Notes: a model not told the origin generated them from the letters alone. Shown: positions 50,514 through 63,913, numbered from the whole stretch's first letter. The stretch is 63,913 bases of DNA, filler included, from Octopus bimaculoides (GCF_001194135.2; 6 parts of 5 records of this genome joined end to end with filler, not necessarily neighbours in it); one strand, 5' to 3'. Numbers and translations are program-made.

Positions 50514-51349
50514 GAGAGAGAGAGAGAGAGAGATAAAAATGTGGATACATACTTTTAGATATCGAATAGAGTCAAACATTGTCTCAAAATATTTAAATTA
50601 GTAAAATTGGAGATGTTATCCGAAAAAATTTGTATGATGTATCAGAATTCGTATCATAATGTACAGACCATAAAATATATGAAAACGTAAAAAAAAAGTG
50701 TTTCGATCAAGTTGCCTAACTAGTTGAAAAAAGTACTTTTGAAACTAGTGAAATTTTGGATCTGAATTTCGCGATTTTGCAAATTATTGGCATTTTTTTC
50801 TTTTTATTTCAGTTAACCATCAAAAGTTTTGATTTAAATGCATTTTTCAAATGCAAAAGTTAAGTATTGGTAAAAAGTTGAAGCCCGTTTGAAATGATAT
50901 GGAATTGGAAAAACGACTCAGAAACACGTCTATGGCGGATATTGAATTTGTGTGAACATATTTATAACATAAAAGATTATTACAAATTTGAGCAGAAAGT
51001 ATATTTTTATTCTAGTAATCTTTTGATGTTCCCTAACCTACAAATTTTAGCACTAAGATAACAGTTACATATTTCGTTTGTTGGGCAAATATATGTATTG
51101 ACTGCCTCGCACATTCTCTTTGTCGTAAACATACACACAGATGAAAACATTACTACGAATATATTCACATATATGATCTATTATAAGAGGAGAGAAGGGG
51201 AAAATAGTGGCAACATTACATAATACATGAGTCGTAGTAAAATGCAATACTTGATAAAATGAATTTGCAAGACACTGAATAAGAGATGAAGCGCGCGCAA
51301 ATCAATAATAATAATAATAATATTAGTAAAAATTCTTTCGAATTACTAC

Positions 51350-51538
51350 ATACGCCAGACATTTTAGAGGGCAAAATCCATTATATCGATCCGTGACTCA
51401 ACTGGTACTTATTTTATCGACCGGACAAACGAACCACAAAGTCGACATCTGTGGCGTTTGAACGCAAAACAATAAGTCGGACAATGTGCCGCTAAGCTTT
51501 TTTGTCCGGCGTGCAAATGATTCCGCCAGCTCCTACCC

Positions 51539-51539
<1 letters not shown>
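51350..51539 (-). mobile_element. SINE family A copy
   Basis: ctggtacttattttatcga..gtttgaacgc..gattccgccagctc, then (AAT)n. Confidence 0.75.
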
Positions 51540-51600
<61 letters not shown>

Positions 51601-51810
51601 CCTTTCTACTATAGGCACTAGGACTGAAACATTGGGGGAGTGAACTAATCGATTATATGGTCCACAACGCCCAAATGGTATTTATTTGATCGACCCCGAG
51701 AAAACAAAAGACAAACTCCCGGTGGAACGTGAATTCAGAACGCAAGGATGAATGAAATGCCGCTAGACATTTTGCTCAGGGTGCTAACAATTAAGCTAGC
51801 TGACCGCCTG
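51601..51810 (-). mobile_element. SINE family A copy
   Basis: ctttctactataggcac..gatcgacccc..gaattcagaacg..gtgctaacaatt. Confidence 0.75.
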
Positions 51811-51832
51811 AAAGAACAAAATAATAATAATG

Positions 51833-51902
<70 letters not shown>

Positions 51903-51904
51903 TA

Positions 51905-52568
51905 TAAATCAGAAAGTGACAAGTGCAGAATCTGTGGAGAAAATGGTGAAACCGTATAGCATATTACCAGTCAATGAAGGTTACAAGCCCACAAAGAATA
52001 TAAGAGAAGTCATGACAATATAGCAAGGATTGTCCATTCGACGCTTTGCAACAAGTATGGACTTGACAGAGCAAAAACGTGGTACGAACATAAACCCGAA
52101 AGCAACATCGAAAATGACAATGCAAAGATCCTATGCGATCTTATGATTCAGTGCGACCATGAGACAGAGTATAGGAAAGCAGACATTGCGTTAATTGAGA
52201 ATGAAAGCAAACTACGCTGGATCATAGATATAGCATATCCAACAGACAACAAGGTATGCGATAAGGAAGAAAGAAAAGTCGATGGATATAACAGCTTAGC
52301 TTGGGAGGTTAAGCAGTTGTGGTCGCTGAAAAAGTTGGTAGAAGTACCAATAATTGTTGGAGCCCTGGGAACATTGAGTAAAAATCTTGAGAAATGCATG
52401 GAACAGATAGGGGCTGCAATAAAGCTGCAGCACTTGCAGAAAACAGCACTGTTTGGAACCGCTCGAATTTTCCGGATGTTGCTCGAAATATGAGGGGTGT
52501 TACTTTAGTTCACTGATAGTGAACAGCTGACACCGTAGTACATCTCCAGTGTTATAAGCTGTGCGAAT
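51905..52568 (+). mobile_element. 5'-truncated R4/Dong copy (RLE domain + 3' UTR) within (AAT)n
   Basis: ORF 52143-52493 MIQCDHETEYRKADIALIE..IID..VPIIVGALG; same family as 9740-10387; microsatellite on both sides. Confidence 0.9.
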
Positions 52569-52598
52569 ATAATAGTAGTAGTAGTAGTAGTAGTAGTA

Positions 52599-52663
<65 letters not shown>

Positions 52664-52664
52664 A

Positions 52665-53010
52665 ATGATTTCAAATTCTGTCATAATAGCAGCGTTTGGG
52701 GGCGGGGCGGATGTGTCAATTACATCAATCCTAGTGCTCAACTTATTTTAGCGACCCGAAAGGACGAAAGGCAACTTAGACTTCGGTGGAATTTGAACTC
52801 ACAAAGTAGTGATGGGTGAAATGTCGTTACGCGTTTTACCCGGCATGCTAACGGTTCTGCAGCTGGACACCTTGATAATTATGATGTTAATTATTATTTC
52901 TACTCGAGGCACAAGGCCTTCGCAATTTTTAGGGAAGTGGGAGCTACTCGATTACAAAGTCTCCAGTGCGTAACTGGTATCTATTTTATCGACCCCGAAA
53001 GGATGAAAGG
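52665..53010 (-). mobile_element. Two SINE family A copies (52665-52872 and partial 52897-53010)
   Basis: gaatttgaactca..ccggcatgctaacggttctgc; ttttatcgaccccgaaaggatgaaagg. Confidence 0.75.
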
Positions 53011-54400
53011 ATATCGTCCGAGATCCCATCAGTAGTTTCTTGGTTTTATTTGTAAGTTCTTCAGTTCACGTGATCACGGATTTACTCTGCGAAAGTGGTA
53101 GTTTGTCGCTAAGATGGCTTTAGATTTTTATATCAACATTTTTATTACGAGCAATATTTAAACAAGTACCCTGATTTCTTTAGTAAACATTCATAATTCC
53201 GACCTTTGTCTGTTATATCTTAATAGTTGAATCAATACTTTTGTAATGTTTATTTCTCTCTGAATTTTTCTGTAAAAATACAGACTGGGTATTATATGGT
53301 TATTATCAGGGTATTATATTATTTTTTTATACATTTAAATCGTCAGCGACTATTATACTTGGTTATCTTTTATGAAAATTCCTATAAACCCAAGACCAGC
53401 ATCAGATATGTTCAATTGAGCATCAGTAAATGAATAAAGTACTACCTTTTTTTTTTATCTAACAATATAACACATACGATTTAATATGTTGTCTCTCAGG
53501 AAATATTGCCAAAATGCCCAATTAATGACACCCCGAAAATATAGTCATTTCCTATCGGATAGCTCGATTTTTTTTTTTCATCCACAAGCTAACTTTATAC
53601 CCTTTAATAAAATGGAAGTTATTTTCCGGTGTTGAAATGAGTTTGCGCAGTTATATATTTTCTGTCGCCTTCCAGTATTTAGAACATATTAAAAGATGGT
53701 TCCCCTATCTTCCACGATTTCATGAACAACGCTTGTATTACATTGGTGAAAGTGTTTTGAGCCAATTCCTACATATGTGAATAATTCTAAATACCTTTCA
53801 CACACTCTAGATATGTAACGAGATAATAAACAATACTTTCATTTTAAAACACCCGACAACAATGTGATGTTCAATGTGTTTGCATGGAAGGCAAACTGTA
53901 TGTAATCAAAATTGTGTAATTGGATTGAATTATCTTGAAACGATTTTATCTAAAGTTGCTTCCTGAACGCTATTCAAATCTGTTCTGCTTTCTTTACAGC
54001 GCTCCATAATTCCCTAAATGTGCCTTTTCTTTAGCGTCTATCTATACTGTTGATGAAACGCGTAATTCTCCACTTTGGAAGCGTAGTTACACTAGTGCTG
54101 ATAAATTCAATACTAGTAGAGACCTAATTTTGGAGATCAATCTTATGATAGGTTTTTCCTCTATTTACATGGCTATTTTCTCTACGAAGCCTTTATGCCA
54201 CCGTTTTCTGTATAATTATATATGTGTAGCTGAGATTGTCATTCAAATGAGGATTTAAAAAAATTGAAACGGAATATTGGTAATTAAGGACAAAAGACTT
54301 AAAATATAATGCTACTCAACTCTTAAATATGGCAGCCATAGCATATAACTGGAATTAACATGATTTTGAAATGAAAAGTATATACGAAATAATATATAAT

Positions 54401-54662
54401 ACAGTTCTATCTCTAAGAGATGAGGAATTATGTACCTTATTTACATTTAACAGATATTTGTCCTCATCTTATTTGTTGTTAACGCACCTTTTCAGCTGAT
54501 ATACCATCCACGGGGGTCTTGCGAAAATTGCGAACGTGGGTTCTTATTCCTAAGGTATTTTTTGATGTTATTATTCTTATTATTCTTTAGGTCACGGCCT
54601 GAAATCGAATTCGGAATCTTGGGGTTAGCAGCCCGCGCTTCTAACCACTACGTCATATGCCC
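54401..54662 (-). mobile_element. Second HHR-SINE copy with the ribozyme core deleted
   Basis: Same head (TGACGTAGTGG..GAATTCGATTTC), body and tail as 45947-46262; reads gacccccgtggatggtatatcagctgaaaaggtgcgtt where the HHR lies. Confidence 0.85.
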
Positions 54663-54700
54663 GTTGTCATATGAAGTAGACTGGAGGGTACTTTCTCACC

Positions 54701-54766
<66 letters not shown>

Positions 54767-55369
54767 CTCAGTTATTAAAACTTTCGATAATTTAAATACG
54801 TTAATAGTTACCAGAGGTAACAAAATTACACTAAAAAACAAGATATCACAGCCGTTTTACAGTAGATATACCAAGTTAAAGTGATACATTTTGAGAAGAT
54901 ATGGATAATAATAAATGGAGCAAAACGCATGTTAATAAGAGTTCCTTTAATTCCTCCATATGTTTCGAAACAAATGATAGTACTTTCACAAAGAAGAAAG
55001 AGCTGTTGGGGTTCGTCATTTATTTCTCTTCAGGGGGTTCATAATAAAACATGTAATAGCACGGCAAAAACGAAATGATGGGGTAATTTACGAGCTGAGA
55101 TGTTATATGGACAGTGACCGTTAGAAGGTTTGTTTACATACAGATGTTAAGGGGTCAACGATATTATTCCGTGGGCTTTAGGAATAAGAACGCTAGTTTA
55201 CATAGAAATATAAAGACAGGGTGTTTTTGACGTGAAGCTAAAGGTTGAAACCAAAGAGTTATTTGAATATGGGGAGATAAGTATATTGTGGTCCTGATAA
55301 ATTAGAGAGAGAGTGAATTGTTGAGTTAAGAAAGGGGGGGGAGTGAGGTAACTAAGGTAGTACATCATA

Positions 55370-55401
<32 letters not shown>

Positions 55402-55979
55402 ATGTATATATATTATACGTAAAGATANNNNNNNNNNNNNNNNNNNNNNNNNNNNNNNNNNNNNNNNNNNNTTAATTAATTAANNNNNNNNNNNNNNNNN
55501 NNNNNNNNNNNNNNNNNNNNNNNNNNNATATATATATATATATATATAATTTCAGACTTCATTCAGGCCAAGTGAAGCCGTTATACAAATTAGAATCGAT
55601 ACATGGTGTGTAAAAAGGTAAAACATATTCATTTTATTAAATACCTGTATCATGTTATTAAACATTTTTACTGTTGCAGTTTCACTTCACCCTTTCTTTA
55701 TTGTGCAATCTATGTTAGGTATATTAAGATTTGATCAGTGATTTCGGTTCTTAGACTGTAAATATACACCAAAATTAAGATTGAATAAAAATTAAAATAG
55801 GCATATAGTAAGTAGTATGACTCCAGCTATGTATAATTAGGGTTTATATTGCCATACCAAATTAGCGGTGAGCTAACGCAGTGACTATAATGTGTTAATG
55901 CGGTAGTTATGTCTATACGTAATTCTAAATTTCTGTTAATCGATCCGCATGAGTGTTAGCGACTCTATCAATTCCTAGG

Positions 55980-56019
55980 GATATCTGAAGAAGGAATTTT
56001 TATTCCGAAATATCATATC
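55980..56019 (+). ncRNA. Minimal type I hammerhead ribozyme, fully intact
   Basis: GATAT-CTGAAGA-A-GGAAT[TTTT]ATTCC-GAAA-TA-TC-ATATC; perfect 5-bp stems I and II, palindrome ATAT, AUC site after 56014. Confidence 0.85.
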
Positions 56020-56515
56020 AGACCATGGAGGATTAAATTACAACAGTTATTATAGTTCATTGTTTGTATTATTGTGCATTGTTGTGTCATTCAAAACATT
56101 GTATTCTTTATTAACAATTAAAGTTCATAGAAGGTCATAACCTTTCAAAATTTGTTTGTGTCTTGTTAATTCTTTTTGGATAATTGGAAAGATTGACCGA
56201 AAAGATAACCATCACACGCCAGCTCACTTTGCTTTGTCGGTACACTAACAAGGTAAGTACTATAATTAAACTAGCATATAAGTAAAGCAGAATCTTAAAG
56301 AGTAGACGGACCTACATGCATACACACATAATCCCATTGCTATTCACGCATAAAGAAAGTTCCACGTTTATATCGGCCGTGCAAGAGTATAATTGCACAT
56401 AGGTATGCTCCTCCACACACGGAAAAGTTATTGGATCGAGAGGAACGGTCGAAGGGTGAAGGTATTTACACGAAGCATGCACACGTACATTGATGCTGGA
56501 ATATCATATAGACTG

Positions 56516-56715
56516 AAGGCGGTGAGCTCGCAGAAACGTTAGCATGCCGGTGTTTCGTCTGTCTTTACGCTCTGAGTTCAAATTCCGCTGAGGTCGACTT
56601 TGCCTTTCATCCTTTCGGGGTCGATAAATTAAGTAACAGTTGCGTACTGGGGTCGACTAATCGACTGACCCCCTCCCCACAAATTTCAGGCCTTGTGCCT
56701 AGAGTTGAAAAGAAT
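56516..56715 (+). mobile_element. Well-preserved SINE family A copy
   Basis: aaggcggtgagctcgcagaaacgttagc..gagttcaaattccgctgaggtcgactttgcctttcatcctttcggggtcgataaattaagt..ggccttgtgcctagagttgaaaagaat. Confidence 0.9.
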
Positions 56716-56740
56716 CATATAGATTCACAGACACACTTAT

Positions 56741-56852
<112 letters not shown>

Positions 56853-57007
56853 CCCGCACACTCACAAGCAAACATACGTTTTCATATACACATACTTAGA
56901 TAAAACCTGCCAGACATAACAAATGTGTAGATGTTTATTGATACTCATGCATTTATGCGCGCAACTCGTACACGTCCTCACATGCACTCACACACGTGCG
57001 TGTACGC

Positions 57008-57056
57008 GTGTTGAATAAGACATGTTCTCTATGAGAACTTATGTCTTATTCAACAC
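57008..57056. repeat. 49-nt near-perfect hairpin
   Basis: GTGTTGAATAAGACAT-GTTCTC-TAT-GAGAAC-TT-ATGTCTTATTCAACAC. Confidence 0.85.
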
Positions 57057-58475
57057 ATCCCCGTTCATGTAGAAATGAAAGAGGTTTATGTAAATGTAAG
57101 CTTACATAACTATACATATATGTTGTACATATAATTCGATATTCTGAAAGTATTGACCCAAAGCAAAGCTAGTTAAGATTGTAGGTAACTTCCGTAATTA
57201 TTGTGAAATATTTATTCCTTATAGAAGTTAAACAAAACTAACATTCTGAATCTAATAGATATCTAAATCTAACTGATTGAGTTTTAGTTTCGTGAAAGCT
57301 TGTTACCTAACAATTATGCCCTTACCCTTCGCGTATAGTGCACTCATAAAGTGAGTAAAAATATTTACCTTCTTATGAAATGCAATGAAAATACAAACGA
57401 AGTCATGTTCAAAATTTTGATCCAGTTATCCTTACAAGAGCGGTGCATAGTGTACGTCTCTACATTCTTGATTATTAAACAAAAAGTTAAATGCATCAAG
57501 AATAGAATACTTTATATTTAGTGAGTGCAATCCAAGTTAGTTGATATTTCTGGGTAATTGTCTCAAGAAAATACCCTACTTCTCACTGTTACTCACAAGT
57601 TACGTATGATATTTACTTTCACACGTACAATATAGGGATGTACATGCGTGAGGCGTTATATTAAAAAAGAAATCTGTTTGGCAGTCTCATCCGAATCAGT
57701 GTCAGATAAAAATACCACTACGAAACTAACGCTAACGAAGCGTTGTTAATATATTACACAAATGATATTGTAATTAGTGAATAAAGTAACCAGAAGGAAT
57801 GAAATTATACCCATCAATGCTTTGTTATTGCAGTTGCTCAAGAATACTTGAGGTTTAGAGTGGAAAAAAATTCCAATGCAGAATGTAATTAGTATATACT
57901 GTGATATGAAACATATTTTATGCTTCGAGCCCCCAGCAATATACGAATATCAAGTAGTTATTCATATTCACACTACACCTGGCCCCTTATCCATTCAATT
58001 TTTCATCTTCCTTAGCCCATAACTCCTAATTTTAATTATGTTACTCAGACGCCCGTATCACTTTCTTTACGCTCATCTTGATTACTATCGAATACTATTT
58101 TTGGTTGTTAATCGTAATATAATTTTATGAATATCTATCGATATGTACAACGTACATATGCATTACACACGCACGCACACACACGCACCCCCCACACATG
58201 AAGGTAACTTCTTGAACAAAGAGTAAAGAAAGGAGGAAAACATTTATAATACTGAAATAAAAATATGTTATAAATTCTTCAATAAAATTTGATTATATCC
58301 ACACTGCAATTTTTAGTTTTGATTGCATTGCTAAGACTAAGCTTTTTTTATTATTTAAATTGTCCGTATGGGGACAATCTATAAGAAACATTAATATACA
58401 TGTCTTACGTGAAGCAAAGAATATTTTGTTAGGATTTTGAAACTCATCTACTTTAAGGGAGATTCTCAGTAGAGT

Positions 58476-58607
58476 GTATGTATGTATGTATGTATGTATG
58501 TATGTATATAAGAAGGTATGTATGTATGTATGCATGTATGTATGTATGCATGTATGTATGTATGTATGTATGTATGTATGTATGTATGTATGTATGTATG
58601 TATGTAT
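58476..58607. repeat. (TATG)n microsatellite
   Basis: Direct reading. Confidence 0.95.
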
Positions 58608-59358
58608 GGTAGAACACTGGCTCACTAAAAGGCAACAGAAATGTTTTAAAGCAAATTTGGCACTTTTAATAAATCTTGTCACATTTCTCTCTAAAAAACC
58701 TCTTGGAAACTGTCCCGCGCCACTTGATGCACTACTTTGTTACTTTGCTCCAAATGCTTTTTCCCCTAGTTTTGTAACGCTTCCTGCAAAGTTTTCAACA
58801 CTCTGATGTCATGGTTTCGTCTCTTATTTGTTTTTTGGCTAATAAATAAAAACAAAATTCAAGATCAGTATAAAAAATAATCGTTCCCATGTACCTGTGT
58901 CTATACAGCACAACACCAAGAAATGTAGAAAGCTTGACCACACACACACACACACACACGCGCTCGCTCGCGCGCTCGCAAAAATATTTTTCTTGAAAAA
59001 TTTTACAAAAACAACTTAACAAAATCAAAGAAGCAGAGTCCTCAGCAACAAATAATGTGAGAAAATACAAGTCAGCCGACACATGTAAAACCAGAACAAT
59101 ACACAGACAGAATCAAGCGAATACAAATAAAAACACCCTTCCACACACGCTGATACACATTAACGGTTACACAACCTGTATGAGTACTCAACTGAAAACT
59201 GCAGCAGTCTGAATCCCGAATCCCGAATTAAACATTCAATTCGAAGGAACCGTAAACTCTATAATGTGCATTTTGTACTCATTTTTCATTAGTTTGTTAC
59301 AAAGCATTGTACGTTATTTTGTATCGCGATATTCATGAATGTATAAAAATTGATACAC

Positions 59359-59462
59359 GGAGAGAAGACCACTATGTGGACTTCTTACATGCCGTTTACG
59401 TGGCTTGGGTGTCTGACTGCTCTTTTCAGCATGTAAGAAGTTCACATAGTGGTCTTCTCCCG
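59359..59462. repeat. Fold-back inverted repeat; the right half recurs at 59940-60030
   Basis: ggagagaagaccactatgtggacttcttacatgc vs gcatgtaagaagttcacatagtggtcttctcc. Confidence 0.8.
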
Positions 59463-62400
59463 GCGTATAAAAAGTTTTATACACTCATATATATTATAAA
59501 AATATTTATGCTTTCTGCGAATGCAGACCACTGGTTTAAATTATTATATTAAATAATTTTTACCTTTGTATTTATATATTTAAATATTTCAATTCTTGGG
59601 CCAGTTAATTCACGGTTGAATTTATTCACTGCTGTACTATTCTGGCTCGGCACGTTGGTTGAGGTAATTCGATTTGAATTCTTGATGTATAAAGATGGAA
59701 CTAAATACGCACGGGTTGACTTTGTGTTTTCGGTACGTATTTGAGTTTCATAATTGTATATTTTCCAGCGACTCTACTGACGAGCTACGGATGGTTAATC
59801 CATCGATTAATTAACTAATTAATTGATTTATTTGCTTATTAATGGTGAAAATCCGGGGTATAGAGTTAACTAAGATATTTATTCTTTCAAGTGTCCTGCT
59901 CGCTTACAATCATTGTGCCATAAATACGAATGCTTTTTCGTGGCTTGGAATGTGACTACCCTTCTCAGCATGTAAGATGTCTACATAGTGGTATTATCTC
60001 CGTGTATAAATTGTTATAGACTCATATCTATACTATAAAAGGCAAATTTTCTCTGTGTGTGTGTATGTTTAAAATTCATACATTTACACAATTCCAAATT
60101 TCTTCGATTAAACAATCGCAATTACTATTCTAAATACAATTTGTTAGGTCACTGCTTCATTTTTTCATTCCCAAAATTTCCTAATAATGAATAAAATCCA
60201 TAAAACTACAGCAGTAAACATTTTCTCCCTAATAAAATCTAATTTCCTCTTTCTAATACAAATCCTTTCAACTCCTACTTTCTCTTATGAACCTTTACGA
60301 TCAATCCAACAACAAATACAAAAAGATCAAAACTGAAACAATCACATTTCGATACTGTAATGACAGATACTAAAACTACATACNNNNNNNNNNNNNNNNN
60401 NNNNNNNNNNNNNNNNNNNNNNNNNNNTTAATTAATTAANNNNNNNNNNNNNNNNNNNNNNNNNNNNNNNNNNNNNNNNNNNNATATATATATATATATA
60501 TATATATATATACGTACATAGATACATACATACATACATACATACATACGTACATACATATCCATATATATGCAATCTATACATCATCAGTATTATTTAA
60601 TGTTTTGAAAGTTTTAAATTTAAAAAAATAGAAATAATCAAAATTCTTTTTAGCTGATATGATATTAAACATTTCTGTCACATTGTTACAACTTCTCAAT
60701 TCTATTTATATTTTACATCTAGTTGTGTAATAATCCTTCGTTACTATCCATCCTTTTATAACATTAGAAATATATTTTTCAAGGATGTGAAAGGAAATAA
60801 CTTTGTTTTGTTATGTAAAACACGACGAGAGAAGCTTTTAAATATAATACCACTTCATATCGACACATATTACCGTGATACTTCATTAGGGCTTAAGCTA
60901 CGTAAAACATGATCGCACACAATTTTCTTTATATGTTTTAAAATTGTATTTGCTCTGTATACCTTGGTTGTAAAATATAAATATCGAAAATGTATTTTAA
61001 TAAAATCTATATAAGGAATTTACATAAACTTCTTTAACTATATTAACCATTTTACATAAACCTGTTCTTCGTTCTTTTTATATAGTTATTCGACCTATAC
61101 CTAAACTACAGTCATAAATTATTGTTTAAATTTAAAATATATGTTGGAAGCATTGGAGAAATACATTAAATGATTGATCAATATGTATAAATAGTACAGA
61201 AATTATTTATGCTTTATTGATTACATCAGTATCTGTTTGATTTATTTCGAACATTATTAATATGACTTTCGGTTTTAAATTTTCTTTTGAAGACTGGAAG
61301 CAAGAATTCCAAAATAATTGTGGGTTACAGAAATTGTGTTTATTTTCAATATTTTAAAGCCTATACGTTTTGTTTTAATTTTGAACAGAACATTAAAGAA
61401 AATACAATTTTCAAGATGAATAAATCATTCATATTGAAAACCATATGTGAAATGCACTTAAGAGGATTTCCTATACACATGGAGATTGTCATTTTCAATA
61501 ATGCTATTAATATTCTGACGACTACCATATTAAAATCAAAGGTAAAATAAAAACAACAACAAGAAAAATCTAATTAAACTAATAAAACATTTTTGCTTGC
61601 AAGTTTTCCTCTTCTATCCATTTCTTTGAATTTATTAATTATTCTTCATTTGTTATTGATTTTAATTTCATTTGCGATCGTTAAATATATGTTAAATCTC
61701 TCATGGTTCGAATAGCTTCGTCTCATTGTATATTGAAATAAAGGGGTAGACACACAAGTGCCTCGCAACCAAATTCAACACGTTTCTTTTCTTTGAAGCG
61801 AAATTTTAGCTAATGTTTATTTCTTTCAGTCAACCATCAACGGATTCATAGACGCAGCTCTTAATTAGAAACTTTCAATATTGCAGCTTCCCAAAATTAT
61901 ATATAACCGTTTGATGTCATTGACATTTGTGTAATGGTTGATTAGGAGTTCTTGAAAAGAGAATGCGTATGTCTATGTGCCTGCGTTGGCAAGAATAAAG
62001 GTTATGTCGTGGAACTTTTAAACATTCAAGATACAGAATACATAAAATCCACTCTCCTTCCTAATTAATATATTTGATATTTGGTTTTGACCAGCATCTA
62101 ATAGCATAAAAACACGAAAACAAATTGATGGTTATAAATTTCAGCATGCAACTCAATACCTTCACTCGTTGCAGGATACTTTTTTTTATATTATTAGAAA
62201 GTAGGTTGTTAAAACCGGGTATATATGAAAGCAGCTACTTAATTAAACAAGTTCTACAGTAATGGAATTGGGAAATGCAAATCTAGTGCTTCTATATCTC
62301 ACATAATACGCAGAGAGAGTGTGGCTATTCTAGCTAGAAATCAAGCTGTTCCAAATATGTTTGTGAGATGAATGATATTGATTTTATGATTAGAAATGTA

Positions 62401-62818
62401 AGTCTGAAAGAAGAAAAAAAATGAGTTATGTAACAGGGACATAAATACAAATATTCAATGAGATTTGGGCATATAATAACCATAGCCTTAACAACTTGCT
62501 AGTACAACATGCAAGAATTGTGTTTCTATAGAATTAATAAATCAGATTGTGATGTCTGGCCTGAATTAAAATGAGGTGATAATGGAGATGAATACCACAA
62601 AAATCGAACAGCATATTTCGAAGTTATACAAGACTAAATAAATTTAATGGTGTTATGCTGGAGCCAATGAATCCGAAAAAGCAAAAACAGAACATATATA
62701 TATATATATATATATATANNNNNNNNNNNNNNNNNNNNNNNNNNNNNNNNNNNNNNNNNNNNTTAATTAATTAANNNNNNNNNNNNNNNNNNNNNNNNNN
62801 NNNNNNNNNNNNNNNNNN

Positions 62819-62856
<38 letters not shown>

Positions 62857-63339
62857 CAAAACGAAGAGTGTGATTCGATTGTAAGATATTTTATTAGTTG
62901 AACAATATTTCAACAGTACGTCTGTCTTTGTCAAGTTCAAAATAAGAAGTGATAAAAATTCAAAATTACAGAAATTTAAACGTAAAGTATGAACGAGAGC
63001 AACCAGCGTCCATACGTTGATGGAATGACATATATTACGATTTTTCTTAGACACCCGGCTACTTGGTAACTTCCAGAATTTCAATATGTTCCAATTTTTA
63101 TTCCGTGTACCATAAAATTAATCATCTCAATCTACTTGATTTTTTTTTATTTTAAAAAAGGAGTGACGTATAGACCATCCTTGTTTTCAGACGCAGGGTA
63201 TTTAGTACTATATTATGCAAATCATTCTTACCTTTTTTTAAGACAGTGGGGTATGATGCTTTGGAAATTTTGCTGGTATTTCTGCCAAATCTATCAACAA
63301 CGTAGAGCGTTGTGTGCTAATGGTTGAAGAAGTTTGAGG

Positions 63340-63800
63340 GAGAGATTGACCACCACATTGGCAGTCAAAGAATATTCAAATAGTAACAAAGAAAAAGCTG
63401 TGTAAATGTTAAATATGGTCCACTCTATTACACGGGACAGAAAAATGAACATTGAAGAAAACAAAGAAGTTTTTAAAGTGTAGCCATATAGAAGAATATT
63501 AAGTATGTCTTGGACAAATATAAAGCTAATGAAGAAATGCAACAAACAGGCAAATACAAAACGTCGTTACTTTAAACTATAAAGGATAGAAAGCTAAAGT
63601 ATTTTGGTCACATAGTAAGAGCACAAGGTATGCAGAGGCTATTACTAGGAGAGATAAATGGCAAACGCTCAAGAAGAAAACCTAGAACAAAAACTGGCTG
63701 ATAACATCAAAGACTAGACTAAGCTTTCATATGGTGTTCGTGTAAGAATGGCAAGGAAAAGATCCGAATGGAGATCCTTGATGTTCAACCTGCTGAGAGA
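63340..63800 (+). mobile_element. RTE-clade LINE 3' fragment
   Basis: IWSTLLHG..YRRILSMSW..TIKDRKLKYFGHIVRAQGMQRLLL..INGKRSRRKPRT..WRSLMFNLLRE. Confidence 0.8.
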
Positions 63801-63913
63801 AGTTAACAACTTTCCACATCTAATGACAGTCCTGATGATGTACATGACGGTGGCATCAATGTATGCTACTTCCATATGTGCAAACAGCTGCTAGGTTACA
63901 TTAAATTCTGTTT

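Overview
AT-rich, gap-containing eukaryotic scaffold made almost entirely of microsatellites and decayed transposons. The repeat families look cephalopod (Octopus-like); this is an inference from recalled repeat families, not a search. No host exon, tRNA/rRNA gene or CRISPR array can be called confidently. Recognisable elements: a Penelope-like RT fragment, three R4/Dong-type LINE pieces (two sitting in (TAA)n), several L1/Tx1-type pieces, CR1/Jockey-type and RTE-type LINE fragments, mariner, DD41D Tc1/mariner and hATm-like DNA transposons, MITEs, and many tRNA-headed SINEs. Main hidden signal: ten minimal type I hammerhead ribozyme (HHR) motifs plus one core-deleted relic, in about six repeat contexts. 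All ten have a palindromic loop-less or near loop-less stem III (ATAT, ACGT, ACTAGT, ACAGCTGT), implying dimeric cleavage. They include a tRNA-headed SINE carrying an HHR, ~150-nt retrozyme-like units, and an ORF1-only zinc-knuckle element twice joined to the same HHR module. Coordinates were read by eye; boundaries of degraded elements are approximate and no activity was tested.
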